Virus record (IMG/VR): IMGVR_UViG_2639762784_000001
Span: 1 to 64,000 of that record
Source of the DNA: a virus
Taxonomy: Duplodnaviria; Caudoviricetes
Reading direction: 5' to 3' (one strand)
DNA: 64,000 bases
Each line of letters starts with the position of its first letter. Position 1 is the stretch's first letter. Below the pieces are notes generated by a model. The model worked only from the letters and a program-made list of their open reading frames with translations. It was not told the DNA's origin and made no database searches. Positions 58,386 to 64,000 of the stretch are shown here, piece by piece. Made by a program: the position numbers and the translations under genes.

Positions 58386-58612
58386 GCGTTCATCGTCTGT
58401 GCCCGCGCTGCAACAAGGTCGTCCGGGTGCGTGTCCGTGACGGCGCCTATGGCGTTCACCGCAAGGGCGCGTACTACAACTGCACGGCCTCCGGCCTCAC
58501 CCCTGAAGAGGTCCGCCAGGGCATGACCGCCCTGGGCAAGCGGACCGCCGAATACCTCGCCACCAAGGCGCAGGAGCAGACCCCACCCACTGAGGGGGAT
58601 CAGATGACGTAG
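58382..58612 (+). CDS. Small Zn-ribbon protein
   Basis: CPRC..H..CTASG. Confidence 0.55.
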   Translation: MSVHRLCPRCNKVVRVRVRDGAYGVHRKGAYYNCTASGLTPEEVRQGMTALGKRTAEYLATKAQEQTPPTEGDQMT

Positions 58613-58937
58613 CCGCTATGGGGCGGGAGATTCCTCGACCGCCCCGGCCGCTTCCCCCGGTCTGGTGCGCCAACACCATCCGGGCCCTGCGGCCCTCGTG
58701 CCACTGATCGGACGCCAATCCGATCTAAGGCCCGCCGGGCGCCAACCCGAGCGAGCAACTTCCAGGTTCTAGCCGAACCACTTTCACCACCAGGCGGGCT
58801 TTTACGTCCCGCAGGACGGCAGGTACATAGTGCCTCAGCGCACCCCCTCTTGTCAGCTCGACCACCCCGCGACGGGCGATTCACGGCTTATCTGCCCCCC
58901 TTCAGGCGGCACCCAGTGCCCCGAACGGCGTCTCGCC

Positions 58938-60104
58938 GTGCCCCTCGCACGCGGCACCGCCCAGGAGATCGCCCACACCGCATCCCGCCGCAGCGGACCC
59001 CGAAAGTGGCTCCGCGCTGTCCAGTGGCTCATCGGCGCCGGCCTCCACCCCAAGGCGAACGCCACCACCCTCCGCGTCGCCGAGGACCTCGCCGCCCGCA
59101 TGGACTACGACACCGGGCACGCCCGCTACTGCCTCGACGAGACCGCCGCACGACTCGGCGTCTCCCGGGCCACCGTCAAGCGGCACGTCGGCTACCTCCG
59201 AGAGCTCGGCGCCCTCGCCTGGGTTCAGCACGGCACCCGCACCAACGTCCGCCGACTGATGGGGCTCAAGGGCTACGCCGCCACCGCCACCGTGTACGCC
59301 GCGGTCATCCCCTCAGTGTTCGACCACGCCATGGGCCACCGCATCATCGGCACCGGCTACACGGCGCGCGTCATCATTGACCAGCGCGGCCAGGCTCAGA
59401 AGCCTGTGGATACTGCTGGTAACTCGCCTGTGGATAACTCCGCTCTCGGGGGCCTTGAGCCCCCTTCCCTCACCTTGGTTAAGGAAGAGAGTCAAGTTCA
59501 GGTAGTGGGTGGTAGTAACTACACCTCGCAGGCTCGGCCGCCCAAGAGCCGGATCCCCCACCAGAACAGCAGCATCAACGGTCGCCGCCGCACCGCCGCC
59601 GACGTTCAGAAGGCAAACCAGACCGTTCGCCTGGTGCGCGCCCTCGTCAACTGGACCCAGACCGTGCCCCTGCGGCGCCTGGAGTACGTCCTCCGCCCGT
59701 GGACCGACCGCGGCTGGGACGCCCTCCGTATCGCCGACGAACTCCACGGCCTGTGCTCCGGCATGCGTTGGAAGCCCAAGCGCCCGGACGCGTTCATCCG
59801 CGCCCAGATCGCTAAGGACACCGCGCACGAGGAGATGTTGGCGCAGGCCGTCGCGTGGGAGGACTCCACCGCCTACCGGCAGATGACCGCCCTGCGTGCC
59901 CTCCTCGCCCCCGCCGCCACGGAACCCGAGCCGGAGCCGGAGCGCACCGACGAAGACCGCCTCCGCGCCCGCATGGACTGGAACAACTGGCCCGAGGTCC
60001 TCGACCACTACGAGGAAGACGACCTCGACGCCATCGACCTGTACGGCAAGCGCCTCGTCGACTTCGCCATCGAGCAGGGCGCCCGCACCCGCGCCTACCT
60101 CTGA
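58938..60104 (+). CDS. Putative plasmid replication initiator (wHTH)
   Basis: TAARLGVSRATVKRHVGYLRELG HTH; internal DnaA boxes; linked to dciA and parAB. Confidence 0.7.
   Translation: MPLARGTAQEIAHTASRRSGPRKWLRAVQWLIGAGLHPKANATTLRVAEDLAARMDYDTGHARYCLDETAARLGVSRATVKRHVGYLRELGALAWVQHGTRTNVRRLMGLKGYAATATVYAAVIPSVFDHAMGHRIIGTGYTARVIIDQRGQAQKPVDTAGNSPVDNSALGGLEPPSLTLVKEESQVQVVGGSNYTSQARPPKSRIPHQNSSINGRRRTAADVQKANQTVRLVRALVNWTQTVPLRRLEYVLRPWTDRGWDALRIADELHGLCSGMRWKPKRPDAFIRAQIAKDTAHEEMLAQAVAWEDSTAYRQMTALRALLAPAATEPEPEPERTDEDRLRARMDWNNWPEVLDHYEEDDLDAIDLYGKRLVDFAIEQGARTRAYL
59402..59437. promoter_or_regulatory. Two DnaA-box-like repeats (candidate oriV)
   Basis: TGTGGATAA 59429-59437 (TTATCCACA on the minus strand) and TGTGGATAC 59405-59413. 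Confidence 0.6.
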
Positions 60105-60116
60105 TCGGAGACCGCC

Positions 60117-60449
60117 ATGCCCAACACTCCTGAGACCGTGGACTTCCTGACGGTGCCCCTCGCCGACGGCGGCACCTGGACCCGCCTGGACCGGCTCACC
60201 GACGGCCGCATCATGTGCTGCATCTGCTTCGAGTTCTGCACTCGCGACCAGCTGAACCAGGTCGACGGCGGCGTGGAAGACGTCTGCAAGCCCTGCGTCC
60301 GCAAGGAGGCAGCCGTCGCTGAACTCCCCAGCAGCGCCTGCCGCATAACCCTCGACCCCGGATGGGGTGGTGCCATCCAGGTTTGCACCCGCGTCAAGGG
60401 CCACGACGGCTACCACCGCGACGACCGGACGGCCGGAGGTGCCCAGTGA
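60117..60449 (+). CDS. Cys-rich hypothetical protein
   Basis: CCICF..DVCKPC..CT..GHDGYH. Confidence 0.6.
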   Translation: MPNTPETVDFLTVPLADGGTWTRLDRLTDGRIMCCICFEFCTRDQLNQVDGGVEDVCKPCVRKEAAVAELPSSACRITLDPGWGGAIQVCTRVKGHDGYHRDDRTAGGAQ

Positions 60450-61231
60450 CTGAGCAGGCATCCGGCGCCGACCTCGCCCGGCAGGCCCTCGCCGCCGCCC
60501 GCGCCACCGCCAAGACCGCCCCCGCCCCGGGCCCCAGGAAGACCCGCCGCACCCGGCCGGCCCGCGGAGAAGGACGTGACCCCCAAGGCCTCGGCGCCAT
60601 CCTCGGACGCCTCACCGCCGAACAAGGCTGGGACACCGGACTCGACGGCGGCAACCTCATCGACCAGTGGCCCACCATCGCCCCCACCGAACTCGCCACC
60701 ACCGTGCAGCCCGTCGCCTACGACCCCGACCGCGGCATCCTCGAACTCCGACCGTCGTCCCCCGCCTACGCCACCCAGGTCCGCCTGTTCCAGCACCAGC
60801 TCGCCAAACACCTCAACACCGCGCTGGGCCGGCCCGCCGTCCGCACCATCCGCGTCCTCGCTCCCGGCCACGCCACGGCGGCCGCCGACACCGGCCCGGA
60901 GCCCGAGCCGGCCAAGCCCACGGACACCCCGGTGAAGACGAGGGAGACCGCGCACCCCGGGTACCGGGCTGCCCTCGAAGCCGCCCTCACCCACCGGCCC
61001 GAACGCCAGCACACCAACCCCTACGTCGGCGAAGCAGCCGCCCGCCAGGAAGCCGCCATGCGCGCCCACCGGCAAGCCGAAGACGAACACCGCGACGCCG
61101 TGTGGGAACTGGACCGGCTCACCGTCCCGGAGGTCGACCGCAGCGAAGCCGCCCGCCGCGCCGCCCTCGCCTACAAACGGCAGGCCCCCGCCGACGGCGG
61201 CACGCCCCGCCGACTGTTCGGCGCAGCCTGA
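60446..61231 (+). CDS. DciA/DUF721 family protein
   Basis: GADLARQALAAAR..RDPQGLG..EQGW..WPTI..SSPAYATQVR..IRVLAP. Confidence 0.8.
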   Translation: MTEQASGADLARQALAAARATAKTAPAPGPRKTRRTRPARGEGRDPQGLGAILGRLTAEQGWDTGLDGGNLIDQWPTIAPTELATTVQPVAYDPDRGILELRPSSPAYATQVRLFQHQLAKHLNTALGRPAVRTIRVLAPGHATAAADTGPEPEPAKPTDTPVKTRETAHPGYRAALEAALTHRPERQHTNPYVGEAAARQEAAMRAHRQAEDEHRDAVWELDRLTVPEVDRSEAARRAALAYKRQAPADGGTPRRLFGAA

Positions 61232-61304
61232 CCGGCAGGGGCAACGCGGCGGCGGTTCCTGCGGCACCGTGTACGCGATCAGCACTGCACGAACGGAGCC
61301 GCCC

Positions 61305-61463
61305 ATGGTCCTCACCCGCACCCCCGCCTGGCACACCCGCGAAGCTGCGGACGAACGGGCATGGCTCGACCACTGGGCCCAACTCCACCTCGCCCCCCTC
61401 CTCGAGCCCCAGCCCGTCCCGGCCGCCGCGCCGGCCCTCACCCTCGCCGGGAGCCCTCGATGA
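61305..61463 (+). CDS. Small hypothetical protein
   Basis: GGAG RBS; downstream of a promoter-like motif. Confidence 0.4.
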   Translation: MVLTRTPAWHTREAADERAWLDHWAQLHLAPLLEPQPVPAAAPALTLAGSPR

Positions 61464-61714
61464 CCACCATCGTCTACCCACGCCAAAACCCCCGCCCCCG
61501 AGCCGCCATCTCCAGCACAGCCCTGGACGCACCGGAGGCCGCCCGGGAAGTCGCCCGCACGCTCCGCCGACCCATCGCCGACTTGGGGCTCCCCGCCTGG
61601 CCGCGGCCCCGGCTCGTCCACGACCACGCCGCACTGTTCCGTGAGCCGACGTACGCCGACGGCCAGCCCTACGCGACCGACGACGACGAGGACGACCAAC
61701 CGGCGGCGCCCTGA
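61460..61714 (+). CDS. Small hypothetical protein
   Basis: ATGA-coupled. Confidence 0.5.
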   Translation: MTTIVYPRQNPRPRAAISSTALDAPEAAREVARTLRRPIADLGLPAWPRPRLVHDHAALFREPTYADGQPYATDDDEDDQPAAP

Positions 61715-61725
61715 CCGCCCACCGA

Positions 61726-61803
61726 CGTATACCGCGGTATACGCGCCCACCTGGTTGGCAAACCTCCTCTGCGGTCCCCGAGGCGTATACCGCGGTATAC
61801 GCC
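61726..61803. repeat. Two palindromes CGTATACCGCGGTATACG (candidate parS)
   Basis: 61726-61743 and 61782-61803, upstream of parA. Confidence 0.8.
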
Positions 61804-61915
61804 CGCCACGGTGAACCCACCGCCCAATCCCAGACCCCACCCCGCCCATCTGAGAAGCTATGCCCCGTCCGAGTACCGAGAGCCCTTCTCGGGAAGCACA
61901 CGGAAACGGAGCACC

Positions 61916-62578
61916 ATGCCCTCCTCAGTCCTCGTCGTGTCCACCGACCCCCAAGGGTCAACCATCTGGTGGGCCGACCGCGTCGGCGACAACCTCCCCT
62001 TCGACTTCGCCGCCGCCCACGAAGACCCCGACAGCCTCGCCGCCCTGAAGGGCTTGGGCGCGCAGATCCACGTCATCGCCAACCAGAAGGGCGGCGTCGG
62101 TAAAACCACCACCGCCGTCAACCTCGCCGCCGTCACCCACGACGTCCTCGGCAACAGCGACGACCGGCAGCACATCTTCATCGACACCCCCGGCAGCCTC
62201 GAGAACGAACACATCCTCGCCGCCGCCCTCGACGTCGCCGACGACGTCCTCGTGCCCATGCCGCCCGAGCCGCTCGCCTTCGACCCGACCGCCCGCACCA
62301 TCGAACGCGTCATCGTCCCCCGCGGTCTCCCGTACACGGTCGTCATCAATGCCTGGGACCCGCGCGACGGCAAGGCGGACCTCGAGGACACCGTCGCCTA
62401 CATCGACGCCATGGGCTGGCCCCGCGCGAAGACCGTCATCCGCCGCTACAAAATCCACACCCGTGCCGCGTCCGAAGGCAAGGTCGTCACCCAGTACGCC
62501 GACAACGGCACCACCCTGCGGGCCCGCGAGGACTACTTCCGCCTGGCCCTGGAGCGCGGCTACGGAGGACGCCGCTGA
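61916..62578 (+). CDS. parA: ParA family ATPase with rearranged motif order
   Basis: VLVVSTDPQGS, then NQKGGVGKTT, then IFIDTPG, ADDVLVP. Confidence 0.88.
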   Translation: MPSSVLVVSTDPQGSTIWWADRVGDNLPFDFAAAHEDPDSLAALKGLGAQIHVIANQKGGVGKTTTAVNLAAVTHDVLGNSDDRQHIFIDTPGSLENEHILAAALDVADDVLVPMPPEPLAFDPTARTIERVIVPRGLPYTVVINAWDPRDGKADLEDTVAYIDAMGWPRAKTVIRRYKIHTRAASEGKVVTQYADNGTTLRAREDYFRLALERGYGGRR

Positions 62579-63726
62579 TGGCCGGCAAGCGCGTCTCCCT
62601 CGCCTCCCTCGCCGAAGCCAAAGTCGAAGCCGTTCCCGGGGCCAGCCGGCCCGACCTCATCCACGTCCCCCCGAACACGGTCGCCCCCACCCCCCTCAAC
62701 CCGCGGCGCGCCTTCGACGAAACCGAACTGATAGAGCTCGGGGAAGACATGCGGGCCGGGCAGCTCCAGCCGTGCGTCGCCGTCAACAAGGCCGCCTACC
62801 TGAAGCTGTACCCGGAGCACGCCGACCGACTGCCCGACGGCTGCCGGTACATCATGGCCGCCGGGGAACGCAGGTGGCGGGCCGCCGCCAAGGTCGGCCT
62901 GGACAGCCTCGATGTGATGCTGCGGCACGACCTCACCGAATCCCGGGTCCGGTTCCTCGCCGCGGTGCTCTCGGAGAACGTGCAGCGAGCCAACTTCAAC
63001 CCCATCGAGGAAGCCGACGGGCTGCGCGCCATGCTCGACCTCCACGACGGGAACCAGGCGGCCGCCGCCAGGGCGATGGGCAAGTCGAAGGCGTGGTTCA
63101 ACCAGCGGATCGGCCTGCTGCGCCTGTCCGATCAGATGGTGGAGCTCGTCTTCGCGGGGAAGCTCACCGCGTTCAGGGACATGCGCCGGTACGCGGCCCT
63201 ACCCCCCGGCGAGCAGTACACCGCGTGGAAGTCGGACCAGGAGCAGCCCCGCCCGCCGAAGCCGCCCCAGCCCGAACCGCCCGCGGCTGCTCCTGCCCGT
63301 GATGCCGGGCAGCCGGAGGCGTATACCGCGGTATACGCCGGGCCCGCAGAACCCGCGCCTGCCCCGGACGTCCCGGCGGTGTCCGGTTCGTCCTCGGGCC
63401 TCCGGAAGGAGCTGTCGCCGGAGCCGGCCACCGCACCGGTGGAACCGCCGGCAGGCGGACTTGAGCGCGCCGAACCGGCGCCTGGTGCTCCTGAGGCGCT
63501 GCGGCCCGAGCCTGAGCTGATCCCCGACCCGCGGCCCGAGCCATCGGCGGAGGGCAGGCGGTTCCCCTACGACAGTCCAGGGGAGGCAGTCATGCTGCTG
63601 GCGCATCGGATGGGCGACGACGCGTTCTTCGAAACGGTGCGGCTCCTTGTCATGAAGGCCGCCGACCGTAATGGGGGCCGTCTGCACGGCATCCTGCGTG
63701 ACACGGTGAAGGAACGCTCTTTGTAG
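62578..63726 (+). CDS. parB: ParB/Spo0J family partition protein
   Basis: NPRRAF, GQLQP, AGERRWRAA, ENVQR..NPIEEA, HTH. Confidence 0.9.
   Translation: MAGKRVSLASLAEAKVEAVPGASRPDLIHVPPNTVAPTPLNPRRAFDETELIELGEDMRAGQLQPCVAVNKAAYLKLYPEHADRLPDGCRYIMAAGERRWRAAAKVGLDSLDVMLRHDLTESRVRFLAAVLSENVQRANFNPIEEADGLRAMLDLHDGNQAAAARAMGKSKAWFNQRIGLLRLSDQMVELVFAGKLTAFRDMRRYAALPPGEQYTAWKSDQEQPRPPKPPQPEPPAAAPARDAGQPEAYTAVYAGPAEPAPAPDVPAVSGSSSGLRKELSPEPATAPVEPPAGGLERAEPAPGAPEALRPEPELIPDPRPEPSAEGRRFPYDSPGEAVMLLAHRMGDDAFFETVRLLVMKAADRNGGRLHGILRDTVKERSL
63318..63339. repeat. Third parS-like palindrome inside parB
   Basis: GGCGTATACCGCGGTATACGCC. Confidence 0.8.
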
Positions 63727-64000
63727 AGCACCTGCTCCGGTATTCGGCCCTCACCATGATGGTGGGGGCCGACGTCGTCTTCCGGTCAACTTCCATCCCA
63801 TACAGCCCAGTTGCCGGGGTTTCTGCATCACCCGCTCGAGTGACACCAGCCCGCGACTCTTTCCTCGCGCACCAGTTCGTGGATTGGGTGGAGACTGCTG
63901 CCAAGTCTGGGGCTGCCGGCGGCAGGCCGGGAACGGCGGAGGTGGATCGCAGCCCACCCGCCGGATCCCGGCCCCCACACCTGGCACCTCTCCTGGCCGC

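Larger units (their letters stand above)
1..64000. mobile_element. Conjugative actinomycete phage-plasmid (siphovirus virion module + TraB-type conjugation + Rep/ParABS); extends beyond the window
   Basis: Complete head-tail-lysis gene set, KorA/Spd/TraB operon, parAB, two Rep-like genes and a Cre-like recombinase occur together; no host housekeeping gene context is seen. Confidence 0.9.

Noticed and set aside
1-64000. tRNA, rRNA, CRISPR arrays, reverse transcriptase/DGR
   Set aside because: None recognised by eye; tRNAscan-SE and Infernal searches would be needed to exclude small RNAs

Overview
A very GC-rich, Streptomyces-like 64-kb window occupied entirely by one mobile element: a conjugative phage-plasmid. 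From left to right: (1-7.2 kb, mostly minus strand) small accessory genes, an N6A/N4C DNA methyltransferase, a DnaB pseudogene and an HTH replication initiator carrying internal iterons; (7.4-17.4 kb) a GntR/KorA-type repressor divergent from an actinomycete transfer/spread operon ending in a TraB-like FtsK/SpoIIIE translocase; (17.7-43.8 kb) an apparently intact siphovirus morphogenesis and lysis module (TerS, TerL, portal, scaffold, capsid, tail tube, frameshifted chaperone, tape measure, tail tip, amidase, holins, collagen/SGNH protein); (44-52 kb) thyX/dcd, a Cre-like tyrosine recombinase, an EndoVII-like nuclease, a degenerate recombinase and a WYL protein; (52-64 kb) a Sak4-like ATPase, C5 methyltransferase, WhiB-HTH fusion, a second Rep with internal DnaA boxes, DciA, and parAB with palindromic parS candidates. 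The most notable sequence-level observations are a ParA whose Walker A' segment precedes Walker A, a ten-copy promoter-like motif GGGG(G/C)AAC-N18/19-NANNNT, a dense TGAGCC/GGCTCA array inside a spread gene, two replicons (one with a broken helicase, one with DciA), and a 15-bp inverted repeat next to a non-catalytic recombinase homologue. All protein family calls come from motif recognition by eye, not from database searches. Start codons were adjusted manually where an RBS or gene overlap supported it.
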